Source: Chloroflexota bacterium (GTDB lineage: Bacteria; Chloroflexota; UBA11872; VXOZ01). Taken from it: DNA of 64,000 nucleotides. The notes under the pieces were generated by a model. That model saw only the letters and a program-made list of their open reading frames with translations. It had not been told where the DNA came from and did no database searches. The stretch is from the NCBI GenBank assembly GCA_965221905.1, contig OZ244922.1, positions 832,001 to 896,000 on the forward strand. Reading direction: 5' to 3'. This document shows positions 49,679-59,871 of this stretch, one piece after another; position 1 is the first letter of the stretch, and the number at the start of each line of letters is the position of its first letter. The translations under genes and the position numbers were made by a program.

Positions 49679-50572
49679 TTACCCCCGGTCGGGGATGTGG
49701 CAGTTGGCGTACCAGATCGAGTCTTCCGGCGGCGGCTCCGGGGCCTGCTGCATCGACTTGAAGTTCTTGAGTGCCGGACGCACCTCGTCTTCCCAAATGT
49801 CCTCGACATCCGCGAATGTCAGCGGCGCTCGGGTCGGCTGCAGCCGGTCGTATTCCGCCAGGAGTTCTTTGGCGCTTTCGCCAAGGCCGGCCACAATGTC
49901 GGCATTCATGCGTTCGCCTGCCCGGCGATCGGATTCGTACGCGTCGTCACCCATGGCAAAGTGCGGCCCGGGGGTGCCGGCCGGCGGGATGCGGGAGAGG
50001 TCCACGCCGTCGGGTGTTACTGCCCACAGGAGCGACGTTTCGCCGCGGCCGGCGTGTCCGCCAATGCCCTCATCGTCCTCGAAACGCGACTCTTCCGTGC
50101 CCATCCCAATCGGCATGTGACAGTGCAATCGGGTGGCGACGTGCCGCTGCATGATCTCCAAGAACACCGGGATGTCCGGGCTGTGGGGACCGGCGTGGCC
50201 CGAAAAAATGACGGCCCCGTGAAACCCGAGGACGTCCACGGCGCGGATATGGTAGCTCATGTTCTTGAAGAACATCCACGGCGGCACTGACGTCAGCCAC
50301 GTCCGCGCATTGCCTATGGTGCGATGCCCCCATACAGCGGAGGTCCCGGCTTCGTGACAGTGCCAGTACGTGGTCGGCATCACAATGCCGCCGTATTGCT
50401 CCGCCGCTTGGCGCATATGGCCCTCGGGCCGCAACGCGTCACACCCCAGCACGTTCTGCGGCCCATGCGGCTCGCACAACCCATAGGGCATATAGACAAT
50501 CGGAAACTCCGCAACCGCCGCCTCCAACTCATCCGGGAACATTAGCTCCCAACGTACTTCTCGCCGTTGCAT
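49679..50572 (-). CDS. Creatininase family amidohydrolase
   Basis: G.CEPHG...GCD, SGH, HAGRGETS. Confidence 0.85.
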   Translation of the reverse strand: MQRREVRWELMFPDELEAAVAEFPIVYMPYGLCEPHGPQNVLGCDALRPEGHMRQAAEQYGGIVMPTTYWHCHEAGTSAVWGHRTIGNARTWLTSVPPWMFFKNMSYHIRAVDVLGFHGAVIFSGHAGPHSPDIPVFLEIMQRHVATRLHCHMPIGMGTEESRFEDDEGIGGHAGRGETSLLWAVTPDGVDLSRIPPAGTPGPHFAMGDDAYESDRRAGERMNADIVAGLGESAKELLAEYDRLQPTRAPLTFADVEDIWEDEVRPALKNFKSMQQAPEPPPEDSIWYANCHIPDRG

Positions 50573-50793
50573 AGTTCAGTACTCCTTTATGATGTGTCAA
50601 GGCTGACTGTAGACAATTCTACCTTCGAATTGGTTGTTTTACTTTGACCGCCAATACAATTAGAGACAGTCTGCTGTCCATTGGGCAGGGCCTAACCTGT
50701 AAAGCCGTGGCTTTCACTTGCCTCTGTCTAAATCGTCCTCTGTCCTCGCCTTGCCGAATTCCATTTCCTGTAAGCCTTGGGCCGAACGCGGCG

Positions 50794-51642
50794 TCAGGCT
50801 CCTTTCTTCAGCTCCCATACGATCACTATCGGTAAACCTCTAACTGCGGCCTCCGTTAGATCGGGCATTTGCGCGGCGAATCCCATTGTAGCGATTTCTT
50901 GGTCTCCCCAGAGAGGCTCTATGCATTGGACGACTTTGAGTCCCGCCTTGTGGAACGCCGTGAGATAGTCAGATGCCAGGTGGACATTGTTCCTGACTAC
51001 TCCATATTCAGTTTGGCTAAGCCGGTAGCCGACGTGCACGCCAAGCAGCACCATCATGGGGTGGACGTCGGAGATGACTACATGCCCGCCGGGTCGCACG
51101 ACCCGCGCGAGCTCTCTGATGGGCGGCCCCAGATCGGCGCAGTGGGTCAGCGCCAGTGAACAGACAGCGCTGTCCATAGTTTCATCCGATAATGGGATCG
51201 CCGTCAGATCGCCGGTCTCGAACTGGGCCGCAGGCACCTTCGCCCTAGCTCTCTCCAGCATCTCAGCCGTAGAATCAATGCCGGTAACCCGATGACCCAA
51301 TGAGGCCAGGTATGCAGCGTGCCTCCCTGTGCCGCAGGCGGCGTCAAGTGCTGCACCAAGCGGGTATTGTCCGAGAAGTCCGTGCACAACGGGTTCTTCG
51401 GCGAGAAACATGGGGTTGCGGTCAGTGTCGTAGCTAGCGGCCCGTTCGGCATATCCGGCTGTGACCGTCTGTTCACCCGCAACGATGGGGGCCGACCACG
51501 GCGCTTTTTCATACTCTCCGGCTATCTCAAGTATCTTATGCGCTCTGGCTTTGACGGTCGCAAAATCCAACATCCAGGACCTAAGAATCGCAAGCCCCTG
51601 TAACCCTAGGATGAAGTCACCGAATCTAGCTTGGTCGGCCAT
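50794..51642 (-). CDS. Class I SAM-dependent methyltransferase
   Basis: ALDAACGTGRH, ELARVVRPGG..ISDVHP. Confidence 0.88.
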   Translation of the reverse strand: MADQARFGDFILGLQGLAILRSWMLDFATVKARAHKILEIAGEYEKAPWSAPIVAGEQTVTAGYAERAASYDTDRNPMFLAEEPVVHGLLGQYPLGAALDAACGTGRHAAYLASLGHRVTGIDSTAEMLERARAKVPAAQFETGDLTAIPLSDETMDSAVCSLALTHCADLGPPIRELARVVRPGGHVVISDVHPMMVLLGVHVGYRLSQTEYGVVRNNVHLASDYLTAFHKAGLKVVQCIEPLWGDQEIATMGFAAQMPDLTEAAVRGLPIVIVWELKKGA

Positions 51643-51686
51643 GGCCGGGTCTCCTTTAGCTATGGCGCTCACTCCCAGCGAAAGCA

Positions 51687-52397
51687 TTAGTCTATTAGGT
51701 CTGAGAGCGCCCTAATAGTCATATCCGGGCGAACTGTGGTCGCATCCGGCAGTCCGCCTCCCCGCGCATCCACCCAAACGGCGTAGATGCCCACATGCTG
51801 CGCGCCGCGAATATCGAACTCCAGGTTGTCGCCGACCATCCAGGCCTCGGTATGCCCTACGCTCAGAGACTCGATGGCGTGTTGGAAGGCTCTCTCTTCC
51901 GGCTTGCCGATCCCAAGCTCGCCCTCGATCTGAATGTGGTCGAAATACTTTGCCAGGGAGAACCGCTCTATCTTAGCTCGCTGCATCTCGGCACTGCCGT
52001 TTGTAACCAGACCCAAGTGGATGCCTGTCTTCTTTAGCTGTCGCAGCGTCTCGATGGCTCCCGGAAACGGTCGCATCGCCTCATCGCTGATGTGATTGTA
52101 CCGCTCACCCATGCGGGTTATGAGCCGGGAATCGGAAAAATCGAAACGAGCGAAGGCTGCAAGCAAGATGTCTCTCCTGGCTTGTAGCATGTTAAGGCGA
52201 CCCAGGCGCGCACGCTCCATGTCGCTCCAATACCAGTCTCGGGCTTGAAGTACGGCAGCCTGGAGCTCTTCTGCAGGCACGTCTCCGAGAATGTCGGCAA
52301 ACTCGCGGCAGAGCTGGAGCCACGCCAAGTCTGGATCGCTGTACCAGTCCAGAATCGTGTCGTCGAGATCGAGAAGAAGCACTTTGGGCAGTTTCAT
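51687..52397 (-). CDS. HAD-family hydrolase
   Basis: DLDDT, TNG, KP, VGDN..DI motifs. Confidence 0.9.
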   Translation of the reverse strand: MKLPKVLLLDLDDTILDWYSDPDLAWLQLCREFADILGDVPAEELQAAVLQARDWYWSDMERARLGRLNMLQARRDILLAAFARFDFSDSRLITRMGERYNHISDEAMRPFPGAIETLRQLKKTGIHLGLVTNGSAEMQRAKIERFSLAKYFDHIQIEGELGIGKPEERAFQHAIESLSVGHTEAWMVGDNLEFDIRGAQHVGIYAVWVDARGGGLPDATTVRPDMTIRALSDLID

Positions 52398-52812
52398 GTG
52401 GGCAATTATAGTTATACAGACAGGATGAAGCTAGGGGAGTGAGTGGCTCAGTTGCCGGTTGAGAAACCCATCACGCGCGGGCTTTTGCGGTATACAGCCG
52501 GGAGGATCGAGTCGTCGGTATCCAGAAGTCAAACCTCAGGAGTGGCAAATGCGTCAAACTCGCCTTGTTTGCGTGTGGCAGACGTGGCCATGGTGTCAGA
52601 CTAGGCGTCACACGAGCTCCCAGAACCACTGCCTCATTTACTTCAACCTGTGATGTCTATTAGCATCAGGGTAACTCTCTAGGCGAGAATGTACAGTAGA
52701 ATACGCACATCGCGGGCACCTAATGCTATGTCGCCATTCCAGTCTTCTCAACTGACGTTCGCCAAATTGAACAGGGCACGCATAATCACGGCCACCCACG
52801 GAGAAAGCCTGT

Positions 52813-53271
52813 ATGGAGACTTCCCTCCCGCTATCGGACCGTCTAAAGCTACGGAAGGCTAGCCAAGACGACATGGAGTTCGCTTTCCAAGTAAAGCGGG
52901 CCGCCTTCAGAGAGTACGCGGAGCTCGTATGGGGCTGGGACGAAGACATGCAGCGGCAGCTTCACGACCGACGATTCCGGGAACAGGACTACCGCGTCAT
53001 CAGTCTGGACGGCAAAGACATCGGGATCATATCGATGGCTGTAGAGCCCGATTGTGTGTTTGTAAATAATCTATATATTCTGCCGGAGCACCAAGGCCAG
53101 GGAGTTGGCCGGAAATGCATGCAAGTCATCTTGGAACGAGGGCGTGATCTGGGCTTGACGGTAAGACTTCAAGTGCTGAAAGTTAATCCTAGAGCGGTGG
53201 CGTTCTATAAAAGGCTGGGCTTTACGATCACGGACGAAACGGACACCCACTTTCTGATGCAAAGTATGTGA
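52813..53271 (+). CDS. GNAT family N-acetyltransferase
   Basis: ILPEHQGQGVG, NPRAVAFYKRLGF. Confidence 0.88.
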   Translation: METSLPLSDRLKLRKASQDDMEFAFQVKRAAFREYAELVWGWDEDMQRQLHDRRFREQDYRVISLDGKDIGIISMAVEPDCVFVNNLYILPEHQGQGVGRKCMQVILERGRDLGLTVRLQVLKVNPRAVAFYKRLGFTITDETDTHFLMQSM

Positions 53272-53434
53272 GTCCGTGAAGCTTCATCCTAGAGAATTGG
53301 CTCTAGGCGGCAAATGTAGACGGTCTTCCCACTCGGATCACTTCACCGCCTCTGGAGTATTCGTTACCCTGGAATTCGGGGACGTCTTCACGTTCTGCTA
53401 TCGCCTTGCGCCAATCGGCTCTCGCGAACGACAA

Positions 53435-54115
53435 TTATGTAGTCACACTGATGATATCTTGGACTTCGGTGACGCAGTCGATAATGTGATCTGGGGGTTG
53501 GAGATCGGTCGGATACTGCCGACCGCGTTGCACCCAAGCCGCCTGCATGCCGCAGCGCTTGGACCCATCGATGTCTGCTATGGGATTGTCACCTACGAAC
53601 ATGACCTGACTGGGCTTTTTGATACCGGTCGCCTGCAGGGCGTCGCGAAATATCCTTGGGTCCGGCTTCGCATACCCGGCATCCTCGGAAACGATGATGA
53701 ACGGGGCGAGTTGAGCCAGTCCCGCTACCCGGCACTTGACGTGCTGGTTGCTTGAGCCGTTCGTGACAATGCCCCACGGCACTCCTCGCTCGTTGAGCCA
53801 GGCAAGGAAATCGTTGACCTTGTGGTCCGGCTCCACGTGCCGCGCTATCGCGGCGCGGTACCATTCCATCACCGCCTCAACGTCGAGTCCGGTCTCCGGC
53901 CACTCGGTGACCCACCTTTCGAACATCGTCGCGCGGTCAGGGTAACCGTCTTCGTCCCAACGCATCATTGCCGCGACCGCATCTTCTCGTGTCACGGAGG
54001 TCTTTCCACTGAGGTGCTCTGCGTAAAAGCTTTCGGCAACCTTGAAGAAGGTCGCGTTTCTATCAAGCAAGGTGTTGTCTAAGTCGAATATCAAGCCTGT
54101 GACGGCGGTATTCAA
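53435..54115 (-). CDS. HAD-family hydrolase
   Basis: FDLDNTL, TNG, AKPDPRIF, VGDNPIADI. Confidence 0.9.
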   Translation of the reverse strand: MNTAVTGLIFDLDNTLLDRNATFFKVAESFYAEHLSGKTSVTREDAVAAMMRWDEDGYPDRATMFERWVTEWPETGLDVEAVMEWYRAAIARHVEPDHKVNDFLAWLNERGVPWGIVTNGSSNQHVKCRVAGLAQLAPFIIVSEDAGYAKPDPRIFRDALQATGIKKPSQVMFVGDNPIADIDGSKRCGMQAAWVQRGRQYPTDLQPPDHIIDCVTEVQDIISVTT

Positions 54116-54248
54116 GGTCTCTCTCCGATTCGTTGAGCTGGATGGTGGGTGTCTCGTGGCCGGGGTTGATGGTAGTAGCCGCTCACCTCTCTTCTATACA
54201 CCGCGATGTGACTAGCGAACCCAACTACACGGCCAAGTCTCAAGGGCA

Positions 54249-54356
54249 GTCGGCAAACTAATAGTAAAGCTGGAGCCAAGCTTCATCAGGGTCGCTGTAC
54301 GAGTCCAGAATCGTGTCGTCGAGATCGAGAAGGAGCGCTTTGGGTAGACTTTTCAT
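54249..54356 (-). pseudogene. Truncated 5' paralogue of the 51687-52397 HAD gene
   Basis: Translates MKSLPKALLLDLDDTILDSYSDPDEAWLQLYY*FAD versus MKLPKVLLLDLDDTILDWYSDPDLAWLQLCREFAD; upstream DNA also similar. Confidence 0.85.
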
Positions 54357-54521
54357 GCGGGTAATTATAGTTGCAGAGACAGGTAGAAGCCAGGGCAAAT
54401 GGGCGTTCTATCCGCCCCGCCAACTCGCAGTCCACTGACTCGAGCGCGTGGGTATCATTGTCCGGCTTGGTCGCATACGCCTTACCGAACCGGCCGGTCC
54501 TTTGGTATCGTTAGATGTCAA

Positions 54522-54836
54522 TCAGACCATAGGTAGACTAATCAACGCTTCCAAATCGTCGGGTTGCACGGTGTCGCTGGCGACTCTGTTGGCCCGAACC
54601 ACTCCGCAGGTCATGCACCGGTGGACCAACTGAAGACCCTTTTTCGAATTGTGTCTTATTGCTATCGGCTGCATCATGCCTTTACACGAAGAGGCCCTGT
54701 CCCCAGGCGCCATGTCGAGATGTTGCGAATAGAGGCACTGTGGGCAGTGGTTTCGGTAGCTTCCGTTCGTCAGGGGAACCACTTCCAATCCGCAGCGAAG
54801 GCATGTGAATGCCGTGTTTTTTCTGGCTCTGCTCAC
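54522..54836 (-). CDS. RNHCP domain protein
   Basis: FTCLRCG..YRNHCPQCLYSQH.D..PGDRAS.C.G.M.P..HRC..CG. Confidence 0.9.
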   Translation of the reverse strand: MSRARKNTAFTCLRCGLEVVPLTNGSYRNHCPQCLYSQHLDMAPGDRASSCKGMMQPIAIRHNSKKGLQLVHRCMTCGVVRANRVASDTVQPDDLEALISLPMV

Positions 54837-54837
54837 A

Positions 54838-54878
54838 CCTGATCTCCTTAATCTGAGTTGTCAGATCAAGAGATCAGG
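54838..54878 (-). promoter_or_regulatory. 18-bp hairpin sequestering the Shine-Dalgarno (AAGGAG) of the RNHCP gene
   Basis: Minus strand CCTGATCTCTTGATCTGA-CAAC-TCAGATTAAGGAGATCAGG, ending just before the GTG start. Confidence 0.75.
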
Positions 54879-55131
54879 GTTCCGTTTGCTCTTACCTAGG
54901 CTTCCAGGCTTGGCTGAGTCATTGACTGATTCGCCGTCGTTCCTTTGGGGTCAACGGCTACTTCCGGTTCCACCTTCAACGGGGCTTCTTCCATCCCCGC
55001 ATCCGAACCACGGCCGACTTTGTTCGTCTTTGTATCGGCCACTGTGGGGCACCCGTGGTACGCATTGCCCGTCCGGCACCCCCCACCGGTATGTGTTCTC
55101 TCAGCCTCACTGGCTTCGGCGTCGTCCCCCG
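54879..55131 (-). ncRNA. Candidate large structured cis-regulatory RNA in the RNHCP leader
   Basis: Purine-rich minus-strand sequence with consecutive stems (54895-54908, 54933-54958, 54980-54999, 55008-55047, ~55047-55070); no minus-strand ORF in the track. Confidence 0.55.
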
Positions 55132-55167
55132 TCAGGCGTGAGCAGAGTTAGTGTTTTGGCGGCTCAA
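55132..55167 (-). CDS. Putative leader peptide MSRQNTNSAHA
   Basis: Perfect AAGGAGG (55174-55180), 6-nt spacer, TTG start, TGA after 11 codons. Confidence 0.55.
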   Translation of the reverse strand: MSRQNTNSAHA

Positions 55168-55516
55168 CTATTGCCTCCTTTTTGGCTTTAAGAGCTTCGA
55201 ATAGCCGTTGGATCCCAGCTATGCAGCAGACCCATCGGCAAAGCAAAGTTTATCAGAAAACTCGCTACAGAAGATATCATGAGCGGTCAGTCTGCGTGCA
55301 CGCTTGCCGGAAAAAACCAAGAGAAGGTGAATTGATGGTGTCGTTCTTGCAGCATTCGGATATACTGCACTGTGCAGCGCTGCACCGACCTTGCAAAGTC
55401 AAGCAATAGTAAAGTGTGCCAGTTATGAGTCTTGTTGGCACATTGCGGGATTGAATGAATGGCAACTAGCGCTGCCTAATCGGTCCCTTGACAGGAAAGC
55501 GAAAAAGGAAAGAGTG

Positions 55517-56425
55517 ATGGTATCTCTAACGTACGATGCCGAGAATAGCGTTTACGACTTTGAGACTTCTGAATTGAAAGGTTCCCTGCGGGCGCAGTCG
55601 CCGGATCCGCAGGTGGATATTCGGCACGGGATTAGTCAGCTGGTGCACAAGCCGAGCGGGGTCTCCATCATTCATCCCAAGTATTCGGCGCTCAATCTCT
55701 TTCGGCTGTTCGCGACGCATACGGGTCTGGGCGAACCGCGTCTGTTCGAGCGCACCGTAAGTGTGGACGGCGACACGCTGGTCGTGAATTGGGGCCCGGC
55801 TGATGAGCACTTTGCCAGCATTGAGGCGCGCTATCAGGTCAGGGAACCCAATCTGATCGACCTGACGATCACGGTGTGCGCCGAGGCCACGTACGAGAGC
55901 TACGAGATATTTCTTTCCAACTACTTCGATCCGCCGCTGCTGGCGCACGTCTACCTGGCCACCGACCGCTACACTCGCGAGCCGGGGGCCGAGGAGCTTG
56001 TCGCGCCCCAGGAGAACCCCATCTTCAAGGGCATGGGGCTTGTGTATACGCGGGATGCGCATGCGGCGCGGCGCTGTGTGGACGGCCGCTGGGAGCGCAA
56101 GGAGATGGGGCATCCGACCGCGCAGTTCCGACCCCAGCGCGAGTACGCCGTGCCCGTGGCGTTTCAGGCCGATATGGACAAGCGGGTGGCCGCGGTGGTG
56201 ATGTCGCGGCCCCAGGACTGCTTTGCCGTCACCAGCGGGTACAACACGGACGATCCCGAAGACGCCTGGAAGGTGCAGAACCCGCTTTACCTTTCGCTGT
56301 TCGGCAGCGACTTTGTGCCGGGCACGGTGCGCACGGCGCACGTGCGGCTGGCAATAACGCCGCTGGATGACGCAATGTCGCAGCCGCTGGCGCTGTACCG
56401 GCAGTTTCTCGCGGAGACAGAATAG
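55517..56425 (+). CDS. Hypothetical protein, beta-rich
   Basis: Long ORF with host-like codon usage; no motif recognised. Confidence 0.7.
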   Translation: MVSLTYDAENSVYDFETSELKGSLRAQSPDPQVDIRHGISQLVHKPSGVSIIHPKYSALNLFRLFATHTGLGEPRLFERTVSVDGDTLVVNWGPADEHFASIEARYQVREPNLIDLTITVCAEATYESYEIFLSNYFDPPLLAHVYLATDRYTREPGAEELVAPQENPIFKGMGLVYTRDAHAARRCVDGRWERKEMGHPTAQFRPQREYAVPVAFQADMDKRVAAVVMSRPQDCFAVTSGYNTDDPEDAWKVQNPLYLSLFGSDFVPGTVRTAHVRLAITPLDDAMSQPLALYRQFLAETE

Positions 56426-56492
56426 ACCAGTAGTTCAACAACATTGTAATGATAGGCAATTGCTCCTGGCGTTATTGGCGACAACGCAGGAG

Positions 56493-56519
56493 GCGCAGGT
56501 TGCAAACCTACGCTACCGG
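56493..56519. repeat. GTAGCG-type REP-like repeat
   Basis: GCGCAGGTTGCAAACCTACGCTACCGG, exact reverse complement of 61857-61883. Confidence 0.75.
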
Positions 56520-56585
56520 GCTGCAACCCAGCAATACAAACGTGTCGCACCGCTCGCTTAGCGGCGAGAGGAAGGACTATCTGAG

Positions 56586-57794
56586 ATGAAGAAGCTACGC
56601 ATTGCCGTCATTGGTGCGGGATCGGGGCCCGGTGCGCGGGCGCGCGGGTGGATCGAGACCGTGGCGAAACTCACCGACCACTTCGATCTGTGCGCCATCT
56701 GCGACATCAACCCGGCGGTTGCGGAAGAAATTTCGGCAAAACATGGCGTGGCGCAATCCTTTACCAACGTGGCCGCCACGCTGGACGAGGCCAAACCTGA
56801 TCTGGCGCTTATTCTGGTGCCGACCGACGGCCAATCGGCGGTAGCAGTTGAAGCAGCCAAGCGCGGCATCAACATCATTACCGAAATACCATACGGCATC
56901 ACCCTGGAAGTCGGCGATGCCATTCGCGACACGTGCCAGGAGCATGGTGTGGTCTGGGAGATTGCCGAGCAGGTCTGGCTCTGGCCGCAGGAACAGCTCA
57001 AGGCCAAGATCGTCGAATCCGGCTACATCGGCAAGCTCTCCATGGCCCGTCTCTGGTATGCGAGCGGAAGCTATCACGGCTTCAACGCCGTGCGCATGAT
57101 TCTGCGCGATTCGGTGCGGCGCGTGCTGGCGTACGTGGCGGAATCAGAAACCGATCAGTACCTGACCTACGGCGGCGAACAGGCGACGACGGTTGTTTGG
57201 GAGTCCATGTGGATCGAGTACATGCGGGGCACGATGTGCCTCTACGAACGGGCGCCGCGACCGTTCTCCAAGCACTCCAAGGCAAACCATTGGGATATCG
57301 AAGGCTCCAGCGGGCACATCTCCGGCCGCGACGTAGTCCTGCTTGCCGGTGAACCCGACCAGCCGCAGACGATACAAGAGCAGTACGTGACCGTCGGCGG
57401 CGAGCACGTGTTGGAATACGTGTACCTGGACCGCGTGCCCGACCTGCGGTGGGAGAATTCCTACAAGGCGTACCGGGTAGGCAACTTGGACGACGTGGCA
57501 AAAGCGGAAATCCTCACGAGCACGCACCAGTCGATCGTGGAAGGCACGCCGGTGCAGTACGGGCCGGAGGGTGCCCGCGCCGACTTGGAACTCTCGTTTG
57601 TCATGGCCGAGAGCCAGCGGCTGGGGAATGTCTGGGTTGACGTGCCACTGCCGGGACCGACGGAACTCTCCGAGCGTATCGAGCGTATGTTCGTTGAGAC
57701 GTACGGGCACGATCCCATTGCGGGCAGCCGGGAGTTGCTCGACGTGCCGATTGGCCGTAAGGGAGTCTGGTGGCCGGCAGCGCAGTGGCTATAG
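56586..57794 (+). CDS. Gfo/Idh/MocA oxidoreductase (divergent)
   Basis: IAVIGAG, CAICD, ITEIP at the EKP position. Confidence 0.75.
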   Translation: MKKLRIAVIGAGSGPGARARGWIETVAKLTDHFDLCAICDINPAVAEEISAKHGVAQSFTNVAATLDEAKPDLALILVPTDGQSAVAVEAAKRGINIITEIPYGITLEVGDAIRDTCQEHGVVWEIAEQVWLWPQEQLKAKIVESGYIGKLSMARLWYASGSYHGFNAVRMILRDSVRRVLAYVAESETDQYLTYGGEQATTVVWESMWIEYMRGTMCLYERAPRPFSKHSKANHWDIEGSSGHISGRDVVLLAGEPDQPQTIQEQYVTVGGEHVLEYVYLDRVPDLRWENSYKAYRVGNLDDVAKAEILTSTHQSIVEGTPVQYGPEGARADLELSFVMAESQRLGNVWVDVPLPGPTELSERIERMFVETYGHDPIAGSRELLDVPIGRKGVWWPAAQWL

Positions 57795-57988
57795 AGATGT
57801 TGCCTAGGCGTACAGCCGCGTGGTGCCCGTTCAGGACACCGAACATGCGCTGATCTAAAGGTGCGGGGTACTTCTCGAAGATAAGCGAGTTTTTGTTTCC
57901 ATCCCGTAACACTCTTGTGAGCATTAGCCAATCTACGGACAGGCTTTACTTTATGGTTGGCGTCGATGGTTGAGGGCTCACAGCTTTC

Positions 57989-58056
57989 GTCATTCCGGCG
58001 AAAGCCGGAATCCATCCTCTCTGGTTTTCCTGGACTCCGGCTTTCGCCGGAGTGAC
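57989..58056. repeat. Inverted doublet of GTCATTCC-type REPs (REPIN-like)
   Basis: GTCATTCCGGCGAAAGCCGGAATCCA ... TGGACTCCGGCTTTCGCCGGAGTGAC. Confidence 0.85.
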
Positions 58057-58201
58057 GAGCAGGTTGCCACACCTAACCCATCAATTAAAGTGGCATAACC
58101 GACTGCGCTGCTTTTTATGGGAATCGCTGGCCCAAGTTTGGCCCTTCCCGCTTGCCTTCTCTTACCAAATCAGTCAGCGAATTACATGGCACCTTAGATT
58201 T

Positions 58202-59539
58202 TTACCGCACCAGACGCCGGAACGGTTCGCGTTTCGTCTCGGCCTCGAGCAACGTGTCAAGCTCGCCGGCCAGGGCGCATTTGACTACCTCTAATGACTC
58301 TGCGGCGGCCGCAGCCGTGATGGCGATGTCCTCATCGGAGTGCGCCAGCGTGGCGGTGAACGTCATCGGGCAGAAGATACCGCGCTTCACCATCTCCTGA
58401 ATGAAGAGCGTTTCGATGGGCTTCTTGAGTGAGGGGTCCGGCAGATCGAATTCGAGCGTCGGCATGGTGTGAACGCCAGTAACTGAGGCAGCGATGCCGA
58501 CCGATTCGATGGCGTCCTGCAGCGCCGCCTTGACCTTCTCGCCGATTTCCTCGAAGCGCGCCGGGCCGTTGCGCCGCTTGAGCTCGGTGATGTTCGCCAC
58601 CGACGCCGCCAGGCCGACGGCTTCGCTCCAGTACGAACTCGACACGAACATGCGGCCGGCGGGCTCCATGGCTTCGCGGGAGCCGACCACGCAGCCCATG
58701 GCATAGCCGTTTGACATGGACTTGGCGAAGGTGGACATATCCGGCGTGACGCCGAGCCACTCTTGCGCGCTGCCCAGGGACAACCGCCAGCCCGACGACA
58801 CCTCGTCGAGGATGAAGAGCGCGTCGTTGGCGTGACAGAGCGCCTTGACAGCTTCCAGATAGCCGGGTTTGGGAGGTTGGGAGCGCATCGCCTCCATCAT
58901 CACCGCCGCCACCTCGCCTCTGTTTTCGGCGAACAGTTGCTCCAGACCGTCGAGATCGCCATAGGTGAATGGGAGTGCCGTGCCCGCCAGCGCCCGGGGC
59001 ACGCCGATGGGCTCGATGCCGGCGAAAGGAAAGTCGCCGGATTCGGGATCGACCAGGTAGTTGGCGGACTGGTACCAATCATGCCAGCCGTGGTAGCCGG
59101 AAAAGAGAATCTTGTCCCTGCCGGTGGTGCCGCGCGCGATGCGGACGGCCACGGCGCACGCCTCGCCGCCGCCCTTGGTGTAGCGCACCATCTCGGCGCT
59201 GGGAATGGTGTCAACCAAGATCTCGGCAAGCTCGATTTCCAGTGGGCTGTTCAGGCTGTACAGGCTGCCCTTGTCGATCTGCTCCTTCACGGCGGTGTCC
59301 ACCACGTCGTCGGCGTGACCGAGGATGATGGCAGTCACGGCGTTGACCCAGTCGATGTACTCGTTGCCGTCAACGTCCGTGAACTGCGATCCCTTGGCAT
59401 GAGCGGCGTAGATCGGACTAATCGGATGGGCGAAACTGCTCGCCCGGCGGCTGATGAGCTGCGTCCTGCCGGGAATGAGCTGCTCAGCCTTCTGGTAGAG
59501 GTCCAGGGACCGCTGTACTTTGCTCTGCGTCTTAATCAC
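58202..59539 (-). CDS. Class III aminotransferase (glutamate-1-semialdehyde aminomutase-like)
   Basis: DVDGNEYID, ILGH, GYHGWHDW, ILDEV, FAKSMSNGY. Confidence 0.85.
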   Translation of the reverse strand: MIKTQSKVQRSLDLYQKAEQLIPGRTQLISRRASSFAHPISPIYAAHAKGSQFTDVDGNEYIDWVNAVTAIILGHADDVVDTAVKEQIDKGSLYSLNSPLEIELAEILVDTIPSAEMVRYTKGGGEACAVAVRIARGTTGRDKILFSGYHGWHDWYQSANYLVDPESGDFPFAGIEPIGVPRALAGTALPFTYGDLDGLEQLFAENRGEVAAVMMEAMRSQPPKPGYLEAVKALCHANDALFILDEVSSGWRLSLGSAQEWLGVTPDMSTFAKSMSNGYAMGCVVGSREAMEPAGRMFVSSSYWSEAVGLAASVANITELKRRNGPARFEEIGEKVKAALQDAIESVGIAASVTGVHTMPTLEFDLPDPSLKKPIETLFIQEMVKRGIFCPMTFTATLAHSDEDIAITAAAAAESLEVVKCALAGELDTLLEAETKREPFRRLVR

Positions 59540-59871
59540 ATTCAGGCTTTTCTATTACTTGGGATGTTTGCTGGCACTTCACCGGAGGGTGCAACAAGGC
59601 TATCCACGCTGCCGGTGCATCGGCAGTGTACCCTTTTCTGCCAGTAATCTCAAGATTAAAAGAACCCATGGTTTGAGGCGACGCGCTCTAATGTGCTGGT
59701 GCTCCCATTGCCCGGTGCATGGACAGGCGCACTTGCTTTAACTTCCCTGAACTGATGGAGAGTTCTGCTGCAAGCGAGTGCGAGAGGTCTTCATAACTGT
59801 TTACCAGAGTGTCTTCCGTGCGAAATCGCCGGGTCAGTGCACGTTACCGTTCAAGTAGAATCAGCAGCACC

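Noticed and set aside
50794-54836. Integron cassette array of small enzyme genes
   Set aside because: Genes are in mixed orientation, with no recurring attC-like sites and no integrase.
54805-55191. 128-aa plus-strand ORF over the RNHCP leader
   Set aside because: Pro/Ser/Arg/Leu-rich with no motif or SD; better explained as the antisense of a structured RNA.
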